From: Lama guanicoe
Taxonomy: Eukaryota
NCBI GenBank assembly: GCA_013239625.1
Contig: MU053652.1
Span: forward strand, 868,001-932,000
DNA: 64,000 nt
Reading direction: 5' to 3'
Below are positions 37,700 to 50,700 of this stretch, piece by piece. Numbering within the stretch: position 1 is the first letter of the stretch; the number at the start of each line of letters is the position of its first letter. The notes beneath the pieces are model-generated. The model was not told the origin of the DNA. It searched no databases and was given only the letters and a program-made list of their open reading frames with translations. The translations under genes were made by a program, and so were the position numbers.

Positions 37700-38025
37700 G
37701 TATGTGTTAGCTACTGCCACAACAATACTGAGTAATAAACCACCTCAAAACGTAGTAAGCTTGCTCATGTATATGCTGGTTACCTGGGATTCTTCTTGCT
37801 CCTAGAGATGCTGGTTATCTGGGATTCAGCAAAAGACCAAGCCCGAATGCACAAGCACATTTCCAGCCTTTGCCAGTGGCTTATCTGCGAACACTCCACT
37901 AGCCGTAGTAAGTCTCATGTCCAACCCAACATCAATAAGAGCAGGCAGCACGTTGCTCTCACAGAGGCAGGGCTAGGTGGCAGTGGAGTGGGTTGGGAAT
38001 GAGTATCTGCTGAACAATATCCTTG
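37700..38025 (-). mobile_element. MaLR solo LTR (MLT1H/I-like)
   Basis: TGTTAGCTACTGCCACAACAATACTGAGTAATAAACCACCTCAAAAC; GCACATTTCCAGCCTTTG; AAGTCTCATGTCCAACCCAACATCAAT. Confidence 0.75.
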
Positions 38026-38664
38026 TCCAGGGATCTACCACATCCTTGGATTCAGGTTGCTGTGATTTTTGTTTGTTTACACACACCTGGTAACCTGCTG
38101 TTAATGGAATACAAAGGTCTTATCACTTATACCACCTAGGTAAAAAGATCTACTTTTTCAAGTTTGCTACTTAGAGGACCATTACAAAATAAAGAGTTAA
38201 ATATGGGGAAAAAAACTTTAAAATTGGGATTATACTGTATCTCTGAGCATAAATGGACATGATTAAAAGCTATCAGCCCCTCAGTCATCTATTGACTAAT
38301 AAATTGTCTACCTTACATCAGCATTAACAATCTTCTATGCAGTATTAACTTTGTTTAGAAATAGCCTACTAGGCAGCAAAATTACACAGAGAAGAGAAGG
38401 TAGAAAAGATTTCTACCTTGGGTAACGGGAGCAGTAGTGGTGGCACTGGCAGAAACAGGAAGAAAATGGAAAGCACTTGACAAAGAGACTGTACCAGCTA
38501 CAAATAAGTCTTTTACAGTAAATAACATCTGAAGATAATTTTTTAAAGGTTCTGATTATCCACATACATTTAAAGAGTTAACCTATCAACCATCTAACCA
38601 GTTAAATCCTACTGGAAACAAGAGGTGGGATGGAGACAGCTGAGGTAGGGGGATACGTAAGTGT

Positions 38665-38718
38665 GCGTGCACACGCGTGTGTGTATGTGTGTGTGTGTGT
38701 ACATACATGTATACACAT
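38665..38718. repeat. (GT/CA)-rich microsatellite
   Basis: Direct observation. Confidence 0.85.
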
Positions 38719-38834
38719 AATAAAACTTCATTACACAGTCCAATGAACCCCAGGTTCAGAATCCACTAACAATTACTGAAGGCCTACTGTATGTCCCACA
38801 CAGACTCTCAACAAATAGGAAATACACATCAAAA

Positions 38835-38990
38835 GGAATTATTATTACCCATTTTTTACAAATGAGTCAAGCGAGCCTTGGTGAAGCTCTGTGATTTAAA
38901 GATTATACAATCAGTCACAGAACCAAAATTTGAACACAAATCATCCAAATAAAAGCCTGGGTCTTTTTCCCTACCACCCCATGCTAACTG
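38835..38990 (-). mobile_element. MIR fragment
   Basis: ATTATTACCCATTTTTTACAAATGAG...GAACCAAAATTTGAACAC. Confidence 0.6.
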
Positions 38991-40049
38991 CTGAAAAAAT
39001 TCCTATTTCTTATCTTAACAAAAAGGAAAATTCTTCTATAATTCTTACCCTTAACTCCAAACAGTACAAGGATGTAGGAGACCAGAAATACAATTATGAC
39101 CTTAATTGCTTATGATCTTCCCTAGGAAATGTCCCACAGATCTGGACAAATATGACCAAAATGTACTAATCTGTTAAACCTGTTACTTTAATACCAGGTA
39201 TCAATCAGATGATGAAAAGTTTCAAAAGGGGGCTAATCTCAAACCTTCAAGTAATGTCTTGATACTCTATTTCCTGGAATGAGTTTTAACTAAAGTAATT
39301 GAATCAACTGTTTCCCATCAGGCCTTATAAAACAAAGGCTCTGTCAAAGGCAGTGTAATATACACTCTCTGCATTCAGAGGCTCTAGATTTCTACCTACA
39401 GCCTACAGCCTTTGTGCGGCGATTCTCAACTTCATTACAGGTCCAGTCTACAAACCTATCCTTCATGGCACTCAATTCCACTTAACATGCAAATGTGGCT
39501 CAAAGAACACTGCCTCCGATACAGCCTAATCTATGCTTACTTACGCTAGGCTACATTTAATTTATACATATATTACTCTTGAAGAGCAGAGTGTGGAGGA
39601 AAGACTGATAAAACGGATTCTTCCACCCACAAGGGTAATTAGGAAAGAAAAGAATACTGGTAAATAGATAGCAAGTCTGCATTAACTTGTCTCATTTTCA
39701 AATAATTAGCTGTGAATTTTTAAGGCAAGTGACTCACATGGGAGGGGACAAATTTATTATCTTCCACCATCTAATAATCTTGGCAGCTGTGAAAGTTATC
39801 TATTTATTGATGGGCAACTGTAATTTACCTTCCCTAGGTAAAATGTAGTTATTTGAATGTTTTTCTCCTTTTATGAATACTGGTCTCAGCAGTAAACATG
39901 GAAATAACTTCACAAGAACAAAAACACTCATTAAATGTCAATAAACCCCCAAAACAAAGCTATAAAACTGTCAGACAATGCTGTACCAGGTCAGCAATGG
40001 ACCACCAAGCTTACGAACAACTGCGAATTCAAGATGATTGTGATGGTTA

Positions 40050-40310
40050 AGATCTTGGCAAGGAAATCAGGACTAGTATTCTAGTCATTGCTCTGCCATT
40101 AAGTCTCTCTGTGATCTTTGGGATGTCACCTGACTTCTCTGAGCATTTTTCTCATTAAAACACAGAGGCATTCAGTAAGATTCATTCATTCAGAAACATA
40201 TACTGAGCACCTACTATTTCATAGCACTGATCTCAGGGGAGTGGATACAGCACTGAGGAAATGGAAGAAGGGGCCTGACCTCAGGGACCTTTCATTCCAG
40301 TGGGAAGATG
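40050..40310. mobile_element. MIR followed by L2 3' end
   Basis: CTCTGCCATTAAG...TGTGATCTTTGGGATGTCACCTGACTTCTCTGAGC; ATTCATTCATTCAGAAACATATACTGAGCACCTACTAT. Confidence 0.7.
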
Positions 40311-40487
40311 AATCTATCAGAATCCCTCCAGCACTAAAATTCTATTACCTTTCAAAACTTTAGGTAATAACTCATTCCAGTATACACAATGTCCAAAAAG
40401 GGCAGGAAACAAAGGATAAACTGATTTTTTTTTAACAGTATGTCAGTTAAATTTCAAATAACATGCCAAATCTAGCAGGAATATAAA

Positions 40488-41075
40488 ATTGTGCAGCCAA
40501 TTGGAAAGCAGTTTGGCAGTTCCTCAAAAAGTTAGAGTTGCTATATGACCCCAAACTTCCATTCCTAGATATACTGAAATTGTACATGCATCATGCAAAA
40601 CCGTGTACGTGAATGTTCATAGCAGCATTATTCACAACAGCTGAAAAGTGGCAACAAGACGTCCATCAACTGATGAATGGAAAAATCCAATGACCACACA
40701 ATGGAATACTATTAGGCAATAAAAATGTATAAAGTGCTGACACATGGTTGAAAGCTGTAAACATTGTGAAAGAAGTCAGCCACAAAAGATCATATATTGT
40801 ACTACTGCATGTATATGAAATGCTCAAAGTTGATAAATCCATAGAGATAAAGAGTAGACTGGTAGTTGCCAAAAAGCTGAGGGGAAGAAAGAATGGGAGT
40901 GAGTACTCATCGCGACTTACTACCAATAAACAGGTTCCTATTTGAGATGATGGACATGTTCTGAAATTAGACAGCGATGACAGATGCACAACATTATGCA
41001 TATACTACAAACTGCTGAATTTATGCTTCCAAACGGTGAATTTTATGGTATGTGAATTATATCTTAATTTTTTGA
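40488..41075 (+). mobile_element. L1MB-like ORF2 end plus 3' UTR
   Basis: TGGAAAGCAGTTTGGCAGTTCCTCAAAAAG, ATGTTCATAGCAGCATTATTCACAA, TTTTATGGTATGTGAATTATATCTTAAT. Confidence 0.92.
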
Positions 41076-44000
41076 CCTGGAAAATTTTTTTTAATTAAGG
41101 AAAAAAAATATTGGCCTCAATAGCTAATACATTCACTTCCCTTAGCACAGCTTAGAAAATGGCCTATTGAAATAGAAAGTGAACAATGTGCTTTAGAGAA
41201 TACTTAGTGAAAACTTTAAAATAGTCAGACTATGATTTCAAAGTAAATTTCACACTTGGCTCATTATTTTAGGTCCAAGGCAAACACTGTTAAAGTTGAT
41301 TAAAAGACATGAAAAGTCATGTTTCTACCAATTCTTTCTCTAATATTCTAAGACTTCATTGTTCTAGTACCCTTGCACCAACCAAATCAATATACTCTCT
41401 ATTTCTCCTGCATCACTGTTTCTCTTAATCTATATTATTTATTAGTTCAATCCCTATTCCCAAATCATCTGTCTCAGTTCATACTTTTCCTGCCTTGTAG
41501 GCCTTTCTAAGGCATCAAATGGTTCTACTATCCCCCTTAACTAGCTGTTGACTCCTATCAAATCAGGATCTTCAGCTATAGACACCTGCATAACATTTAT
41601 AAAGATAACTTCTGGTTTAAAAGGAAGCGATAAAACACAAAAATTAAGAAGATGATATTCACTGTAAGCAATTTCACCGAATTTAACTTCAAGTCCTGGT
41701 ATAACCCAATTCAGAACTAAATAAACACACTAAGCGCCAATAAAATGCTTGTGGATTAACAGGAAGACACACTGATGCATACTGTAGCTGGAGGAACCTG
41801 GAAATTATATTAAACAAGTCCTCGAGCCACAACTACTAAGTCAATTTCCTGACTTATAAATTTTACAACAGCAAAAAATTTCTGAACGTTAAGTTTGTGC
41901 ATGTTTAGCCAAACCTACAGAAGCTTCAGGGATTTTTAGAAGAACTGTATGTGGGCCCATGTCATAAATATAAAATATTAGCCCAGAGTGACTACCATGT
42001 GTTCTGAGTTGCTTCTTCCAGATCATTCTCAGGCATGTGATCCAGTTCATGGCACAGGCTATGGCTGCTAGAATAGTAAATGGTGTTTAGATGTCAATGA
42101 AGAACAAAGTCAAAAGTGAAGGACATGTTAGTAATCCTCTGAGAAGTCCCAGAAGGAAAAACTCCTTCAGGCTCAGTTTGGTTGGCCCTGACCAAAAACT
42201 CACCTGCCGTTGAGAAATTTACATTCTACTACACAAGACTACAGAAGGGATAGCTGCTCCTCACATCAGACCAAGGGAATAAAATCAAAAATTTTTAAAT
42301 CAGGACCTTCTCTATGCTGAAGTTTAATAATCCATAGACATACAAATCACTGTCAAGTATGATCCAGCAATTGTGAGCCTTGCATTTTAAGCTTCCATTA
42401 GACTGGAGCACTTTCAGCATGATCCTATCAGTCATAAGTTGAGAAGTTAAATACCCTATTTCTCAAACTCTTGAAAGCATCACAGACTGAAAGCAAATAA
42501 TTTGCAAACACAAGGTGGTTATGTCTCTCATCCTTTAATGTAATAAGGAAATTGATTCTCTCCTCAAAGTCTACCAAATTGATTTTTCCCCCTTTCTTTT
42601 AATCAGGATTACTAAAGGTAGTGTAATTTCTCTACCGAGGGACCTCCATCTGAAGGAATAGCAGAAGAGTGGATCCCTCAGGTGTGTATGTGTGAACTGC
42701 CCTCACCTCCCACCCTCTGGAAACACAGTGAGAAAATATTTGGCCACCAGCCTTTCGAACCCTAATTTCTACAGCAATCGACGGAGAGAACTGGCAAAGA
42801 GTCCCCCAAGGCAAGATCTTAATTTCCAGAGTTCAGTGATTCAACCTTCCTATGCCACCCCACATTCTCCTGCACCCCAACCCACAGTAACCGCTAGACG
42901 GCAAAGAAAGGTTGGAGAGTAACTTTCATAAATTAATCTCAGATATAAAATGCTGTTTTCCTTTTTGACTGGATGGTAAAATGCCTTCTCTAGCAAAAAT
43001 GAGAGCAAAAGTCCATTTCCATTCTGCTTCCCATTTTGTGAACAATAGATGATTAATCACAATGTTTGGCGTGCTGTAAGATAATGGTTTCCAAATTATG
43101 TCAAAATGTCCGGGTTGTTGATGAAAATGAACAGAGGTGAGCAAAATGGCTGAGACTTAGCATCAAGAGAGCAAACAAAACAGTAACCTAATGGGGGTGA
43201 GAATCACCCTGTCAAGAGGGGCAGTCCATGGATAAGCCTAGCCTGTAAAGTTAAATAGAAAAACAATTACTTCTTATCCCAACCAAAATGTTCCCTAGCT
43301 TATGAGGCATCTGATACACAATTCAAGTTAATGAGCCACAAGAATTGATTATCTTGAAAGAATAAAAGAACTCATCACCTGTGATGTACCCCAAGGAACA
43401 CACACATACAGGAGCACAGAGAGGCACAGCAGGACCCTGGGGGTTCTTCGGAACGTGTGGAGTACTAGGTAGACTTTAGAGCCATCTTTTCAAATTGAAC
43501 CCACCCACTCATGAACAGAAAAGGCAGAGACACCCCCCCCCCAAGGATCACCCTGTCAATATCAACTGCTCAATTCCATGTGTTGCTTTAAGAGAGGAAA
43601 CGTCGGAAGTTTACCAAGAAGCTGACATCAAAAGACGTTCATGAAACGGATCAACAGAAAGTCAGTCTGGACGGAAATACATGTGTGCAATAATTCAATT
43701 CAGTAATAAGAACCTCTGTATTACATAATGAGGCTGATGATGGCAGCCACTTGTTTAAGGCAGAAGAAACCCACACGCAATTAACCGTTCTTTCTTCACC
43801 ATGTGTATATAAATACTGTCTTTAGAATTGCCCTTGGCAAGGCAATGAGAGCAAGACAAAGTAACAGCTTCCAATTTCTATCAAGTATTTCTGAAAGAAA
43901 GGCAAAAGGAACCCAGTATTTATCATTTTCCACAGGAAAATTAGCAGAAAATTGGGCTGTGTAAATAAACTTACCAGAAACATCCAAACAGATACTATTA

Positions 44001-45039
44001 TTATCCCACACTTCATGAGCAACAGTTATTTGCATGTAATTAATTTGCTTACTTCTGGTGCCTCAGACAATGTAATATGCTTATCAGCTTGGTTTCTAAA
44101 CAATACGTGTGTAACTCTCCCTTTTATAAGAAAATATTTATCTTGCTCTTTCCTTGACAGATTCAGAGCCATCTGCAGGCACAACACACAGAACTGCTTT
44201 TACGGCGGTTACAAACATAACCCCCAACTAGGCCATGATGTCACCAACTTTAAAGTAAGCCTGGAATTAACCAAGGCTGAATTCACTTAACACCTGTACT
44301 ATCCAGACAGGCATGTTGACCAGTGATACACTTTGTGAAAAGCATTACCAGAAACAGAGAAAACACTGAAGGGAAAGGGATGGGGGAGGGGCGTGATGAG
44401 CACTAAATCCAACTACTAAATACAGTCCTCCCTTAAAAGGGCAACTCCCTACCATGTGCTCCTGTCCTTTGCAGCTTTCAAGGCTGCTCAGCTCACTATC
44501 TTCAAAGCCCTTCTCCCTAAAGACCCAGAACCAGAATCCATGGAGCACACGCACCTGCCCCACAGGGCTCCAGGACAGCATCTGGCCCCTCTTCTGAGCT
44601 CTAGCTCTGGGAAAATAACATTGCTTCTTTCACTGGACTCGCTGCCACCACTGACTTAGTTTGAGACTGCGAGAACTCCCATAACCTTGTTTATACATTG
44701 GCCAACCTAGTCACCAGGAGCTTCGTGCCCTGAGAATTTAGGTAGTCATTTGCCAAGGCGTAAGTTCGAGAGGATAAATGTCCCACCTACTGACTCCTCT
44801 CTTATTCTTCTCTTCTTATCTTGTTGTAAGGTTAGCTTCTCTCTGATAGAATATAAGAAATAAGAGTCAAAGTGATCACATTTTTTATGGATTATTGACT
44901 GACTACATTCATAGTGCTAAACCTTACATCAAACACACAATATTCTAAGAGCCAAAAAATGATGTTACTAATAAATATTTCTGGCATATCTTTGTATGAG
45001 TAATACCTGTAGAGCACAGGGTTATGTAAGTCAAGAATA

Positions 45040-45180
45040 AATATCCATTCATTCAGTAATTACTAAGTGCCTACTATGTCCAAGGACAGCACTAGGTACT
45101 GGGTACATAGTGAAAATAAGGTAGCCACAGGGTTCTCATTTTCAATGAGATTAAAATCTAAAAGGGAAGAAACTGACAAA
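45040..45180. mobile_element. L2 3' end
   Basis: ATCCATTCATTCAGTAATTACTAAGTGCCTACTATGTCCAAGGACAGCACTAGGTACTGGG. Confidence 0.75.
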
Positions 45181-45856
45181 TATATACAAACGGGTACACA
45201 TGTACACGTCTGAGTGCACACACACACACAAAATTACAAAATAATCCAGATGACGTAAGGTAAGATGAAGAGTGCTATAATATAAGAAAACTATGTATGT
45301 CTTGTCTAAGACAAGAAAAAGAGGTAGGATAGAATATCCAGGCCAAGATTAATTTTACCTATGTTTTCACGCCTCTGTATTATGAAGTCTCCAAAACAAT
45401 TTTAGAATTAATCTCGAGAAGAATTCTCACTTCAAAGAAAATTATTTAGCTCATCCTTGGCTTAGCCCGCTAATTCTATTATTTTCCCTAATGATATTTT
45501 CAAAATAAGACTAATTAGTTTCTTTTCTTTAAAAAACATAAGCATTTCCCACCATTTCTTCAGTAAGATAAAGCTTCACATATTTCTCAAATTCTAACTA
45601 CAGCTATTTTTTTCTGTTATTAAAAAGAATGAGATTCCTAGTTTTTTTAATTGTTTCACAAGTCCCCAAGGGATTTTCCACCAATGCCCACTTCAATCAG
45701 CTCTAAGTTGAATGTCATTCTGAACTGGGTCATTTCGAAGAGCTGCACATGCCAGTAAAACATATAACCTATATAACCTCCACGTTAAGAAAATGTGGTT
45801 CTAAAATCAGCCCTATGCAGTTCAACTGTAATTTTGCTGGTTTCCATCTAATTTCA

Positions 45857-46072
45857 GCACCCATTTTATTATGTAATGCTAGCTACAGGGAACACAGAAC
45901 TCTTATACTGGGTGACCCTTTTATAATGCAATGCAAGCTGTATAAGTACCCTTTTATTACATAATACAAGGACACAGAACTTTTATATTAAGTGCCTTTT
46001 TTAGTATATAATACAAACTATATAAGCATCCTTTTATACATAATGCAAGCTACAGGAAACACAGAACCTTTA
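45857..46072. repeat. Degenerate higher-order minisatellite (period about 80-87 bp)
   Basis: ACACAGAAC at 45892, 45972 and 46059; CCTTTTAT...TAATRCAAR subunit present about 5 times. Confidence 0.85.
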
Positions 46073-46509
46073 AGGCCAACCGTAAATAAGAAAGTGTCCA
46101 AACCACCCCAGGTAAGGGTGACTTAGTTATCTCAAGAAAGGAAACAACTTCACTGAGCAAGTTTTTGGTGTTTCTCTATGAAGGTCTAATTTCCCTCCAC
46201 CCTCTGTGATGAGCTCCCTCTGTCACTCATTCCACGTAGGAGAAGATACCTACATTAAAATTTCCTAGGTTTCTAAACTCCTTACATTAGATCAGCAAGG
46301 CCAGAGCTATCATCTTTTGGTCCCAAATTCAAATTTCAAGGTGGAGAATCCATGTGGCCCTGTTTGGGTAAGGGGTCCGGCCCTGTTCTGCTGGACTGTG
46401 GTCAGACAGACACGATGAAGATACAACCATGACCTTTAGGCACCTGCTTCTATAGGAATAGGGCAGCAGTGGGGACTAGGCATCTACCACAGAAGGCGTT
46501 TACACCAAT

Positions 46510-46705
46510 GTTACGTAATGCTTCAGGTTTACCAAGAGCTTCCACAGTCTTTAACTTGTTCAATTCACACAATGACCCTCTAAGAGAGGGAAGACAGAAT
46601 TCACATACAAGGGAACTAAGGCCGAGGACAGTCCAACGACTTTCCTGAGGCTGCTCAGCTATTAGGGCAGGGGAAACTCCCCAAGTCCCGTACTTTCCAC
46701 CAACT
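46510..46705 (-). mobile_element. MIR
   Basis: AATTCACACAATGACCCTCTAAGAGAGGG...GGAACTAAGGCCGAG...GACTTTCCTGAGGCTGCTCAGCTATTAG. Confidence 0.6.
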
Positions 46706-47060
46706 CTCATGACCAAAATGGAATAAGGGAAAAAGAACTTTTTTCCAGAGTCAACATTAGGAACTCACAGATTCTCTCAGAGAGAAGCGTCCAACAGAAT
46801 CACAAAAGCAAAAACCACTGCACTAATTGGAGGTGGCGAGGTTGGGGGAAATGGTAGGAGATGCAGTCAGTTCTCTGATGTGAGCAAGTCTTTACACAAA
46901 TTAACTTGCTGGTCATAAAAGTCTACCTGGCCAAGCCATGCCCGAAGTGTTTTCTTCTCCCTCTAAATCAAACTCTTTGGTCCCTACCATCTAGAACACT
47001 GCTTCTCAAAATGTCATCACATGAGGAATACAGTTTAAATGTAGATACTGATTTAGTAGA

Positions 47061-47551
47061 TGTCAAAAACAGACTTTACAGTGGTCTCCATGATCCCACC
47101 TCTCCTGGTATCCACACTTTTCTTTAATTCCCTCCCCTTGTGTCTAAGAGGAGATTTGTGACTTGCTTTAACCAGAAGAATATGGTAAAGATGACAGGAT
47201 GTCACATTACGTTATATAAGACTCTGTCTTGATAGGAAACTTGACTATGAGTCAGTCAATCTCCATTGTCAGCTGGCTCTGGAGAAGCAAGCTGCCACGA
47301 ATTCTGGGGCAGCAAGGAAACTGAATTCAGCCAACAATCAAGAAAGAGCACCAGCAACCTCTTTCCCAGTGGACCCTCTGAACCCAGCCCTGGCCAACAT
47401 TTTGACTGCAGCCTGGTAGGAGCCCCAGACAGAGGAACCAGCTAAGCTGCTAGGACTGCTGACGCACAGGAACTGTGAGATAATAAATGTGTGCTCCATT
47501 TCACATCACCAAGTTTGCGGCAACCTGTAAGACAGCCATAGAAATGCAACA
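47061..47551 (+). mobile_element. MaLR solo LTR (MLT1E/F-like) nested in a MER5A (about 46996-47605)
   Basis: ATGATCCCACCTCTCCTGGTATCCACAC, GCCCTGGCCAACATTTTGACTGCAGCC, GAACTGTGAGATAATAAATGTG; AGTAG on both flanks (47055-47059, 47553-47557); MER5A arms CACTGCTTCTCAAA and GGGGTCTAAGGCCTGAGA outside. Confidence 0.88.
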
Positions 47552-47885
47552 GAGTAGGTGTGGGTTGGGGTCTAAGGCCTGAGAGTCCCACTCTGAACAG
47601 CAGCAGTGCTCATCTGACACCAACATATGCTGTCTTCCTTTTGGGTCGATCTGTCAAATTGCTCTTGTCCCAATCAGACTACAGTCTTCTTAGGACACCA
47701 AGCGTATACACCCTGGCTCCCAAGACAGGGGTCAATAACCTCTTGAGTGCTGGCTGTGTATGGTCATGTCCCTGTTACCTTCCAGTGTCAGTCATTCAGA
47801 CTTTTGTTGCCTTTCTAAATCTGCTTCACATCGAAACACCAGACAGGTGGTAAATTTCTTTAATGTTAGGTCTCAAAATTTACTT

Positions 47886-48189
47886 TTTTAAAAAAATTTT
47901 AATAGAGATATAGCTGACATAATATTATATTAGTTTCAGGTATACAATGTAATACTGACTGACTCTCTCCCTCCTCCATATATATAAATGGTCACCACAG
48001 TAAGTCTAGTTGATATTCATCACCACACACAGTTACAATTTTTGCGTGTGTGACAAGAATTTTTAAGATCTGTATTCTTAGCAACTTTAAAATATACAAC
48101 AGAGTATCATTTACTTTAGTCATCATGCTGTACATTACATCCCAGTACTTATAACTGGAAGTCCGTTAATTTTGACTGTCATCGCCCAT
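47886..48189 (-). mobile_element. L1MA9-like 3' end
   Basis: ATATTATATTAGTTTCAGGTATACA...TAAGATCTGTATTCTTAGCAACTTT...ATGCTGTACATTACATCCC; TSD AAAA(T/C)TTACTT at 47875-47885 and 48190-48200. Confidence 0.9.
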
Positions 48190-50329
48190 AAAACTTACTT
48201 CTTAATGCTTTCAATGATGAATACCAACTTGACAAATTGGAGAACTTGCATCTCTAAGTCTTCAACCTCTTCTATGTCAGGAGCCTCCTTTCCTTTTCAT
48301 CCTTAACCTTTTCCCAATCCTACAGACCAATCATCAGCTCACCTGCCTCTGTACCGTTATTCCCTTATCACCAAAATTTTCACTAGGTGATTCGTCTAAT
48401 ATCCCTCAAATGAAAACCACCTTACTATTTTCTTGAAATCACTTTTCTCCTATACCTTCTTTAATTCTGCCTAGACACCCTGCTACTTGAAATGAGTTTT
48501 TCAGGAGTCTCCTCTGCCTCTTCGGCTGCACAACACTCCTTGAATTCACTCAGACCAGGAAGATCATACTGAACCATTCTTCATACTGAATATCACTTCT
48601 AAACGTAGACGAGGATGACCCTTTTCACAACACTGAAAACATCTATCATCTGTACTCTATTTCCCCATAAGTGTCCATTCTTTTTTCATTTTTTAATTAA
48701 AATTCTAAAAGCTTATCATGTATGAGGGCTTTAATCTAATCCTATATCCTACATAAGGGTGTTATAAAATAGCTAGGCAATCAATTACAATGGTCTCCCC
48801 ACCCCAGAGTATATTCACCAGCATTGTGGTTCTTAATTCACCTCATATCTAACAATAATCATGATAATCCTAACAGTAGTTACAGGTAGTGCGTATATAC
48901 AGTGATTCAAAGCAGGATAAAAGAAAATGCAGAATCATAGGAGTGCTGGCTACAGAAGTTCAGGAGGTGTGTCGTGCATATTCTGAAAAGTTTTAACCAG
49001 ACATTCTGTTGTCGATCCTTGAAGACTGCAACCCCCATCCTCACCCAAGAGAATCTGTGTACTGACACCTTTTTTCTCCCCAGCATTTTTACCAACCTGT
49101 GTACCCTTTAGATATTCTTCTTAGTAATTTCTAACAGACTGTTTTTTCATGAATACTCGGACTTTAATTCAGTAGTATCTTTGCAGTACAACATGAAAGT
49201 AAGAGGTAGATTATTCAGTGTTCTCTAGAAACCAACAACAACCTTAACAAGCAAAAAGAGCTAACTGGCCAACCTTATGATCCAAGCTACTTTTCCATTT
49301 CTTTCACATTCAGATGAAGCAAGAAAAACTACAGTAATCAATACAAATTTCTAGACACTAATGGACCACATCAAGAAAAAAAAGAAAAGTGTTCGGTCTG
49401 AGATCCTACAAGATCACAGCCTACAGCTTATATATGTCAAGCACTGAGCCAAGAAAGAAACCAATACATGAATTCTGTACCAATTAGTTGTCCCTTTTCC
49501 TGGGCTTCATATGTCTGAAGACATTCTCTTCACGAGATGAGTAAAACTGATAAAACTAACAAGATTTTTCCATTACTAAGAGGAAATGACAGGGGGAAGA
49601 AAAGAAAATCATGCAAAAACTGGAAATGTATTAAAAATGTTCATGTTTCACATGCGCAATCCACAAATAAATTTAAAACTCCTTGGTTTATATTTCAAAG
49701 GAGTTAATTATAGTTACTCACTCTAAAATGAAATTTTAAATAAGAGTAAAAACACATGGAGCCCAAAGGTGCCTCTAGGCTGGTTGAGCATGACTCCAAG
49801 TAATGGGAGCTATAACTGATGAGACCATGTGGTTGACTATAGAGGCAGAAAAAAAGTGGATTTTGACAACTACGGCGTGGATATTCCTCAGTTGTCTTAG
49901 ATCTTTGGCTTCTTTCTGGCTATAACTGATGTCCAATCTGGCTTGTCCTCATAGTCATTACCTTTTTTGTTCCCTGCTCTTAACTATAAATTAGATCGTC
50001 TTACTCCATCAACCTTTTGATCACAAAACCTTTTAACACCCTAAGTGACACCAGTGTTTCCTTCCATGCAGTCAGACCTTCCATCTTACATCTGGCCCTC
50101 TCTGAGTCCTTCCTCTGACCACAAACTCCTTATCTCTCAAAATAGTGTATTCCAATATTAGATAAGCCTAATGACTGCTAAGTTCTTTTACTGAGCAGGA
50201 ATCTTCGACTCTTTGGCCTGAGTTCCATACTCTAATGACATAGAATTAAAAGAATTACTTATCTACACAGGTACTGTTCACACATTTAAAAGGAAATTAC
50301 CATGCCTCTGCCCAATCTTTCCTTTGCAG

Positions 50330-50700
50330 CCCTGTGAATCCCTTCCTCTGTATTACATATTCAGGATGCTCTTCTTCAATCCCAGCTTCCAAAGCACAAA
50401 AATCACAAATTCACGAAGACTTCATCAGTCAAACTACCCAAATTCAAGTAAACCCTCAATGTTACTACTAGGCAATACATTTAGTCATCAGCCCTTTATT
50501 TCTTCTCTCATACAAATGTATTCCAAAAGCTCTTCATTCTCTTTAAAACCCCTCACCACCACTTCCATCACTGCAAGACCTCACTTCACCGCACGGAGGG
50601 CACTGACCAGGCATTCTGTCATCATTCCTCCTCTCCTCCGACACTGGCTTCTGCTCTCTCCCTCCATGCCTTTCTCTTTAAAATCTTAACTCTGTCAGCC
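50330..50700. mobile_element. L2 ORF2 remnant
   Basis: CATCACTGCAAGACCTCACTTCACC, CCACCACTTCC and C/T-rich L2-like composition. Confidence 0.45.

Noticed and set aside
45857..46072. CRISPR-like array
   Set aside because: Mammalian context, degenerate repeats, spacers homologous to each other, no cas genes
49809..49931. 13-bp direct repeat GCTATAACTGATG as a TSD
   Set aside because: The enclosed sequence has no poly(A) or element hallmarks; chance is plausible
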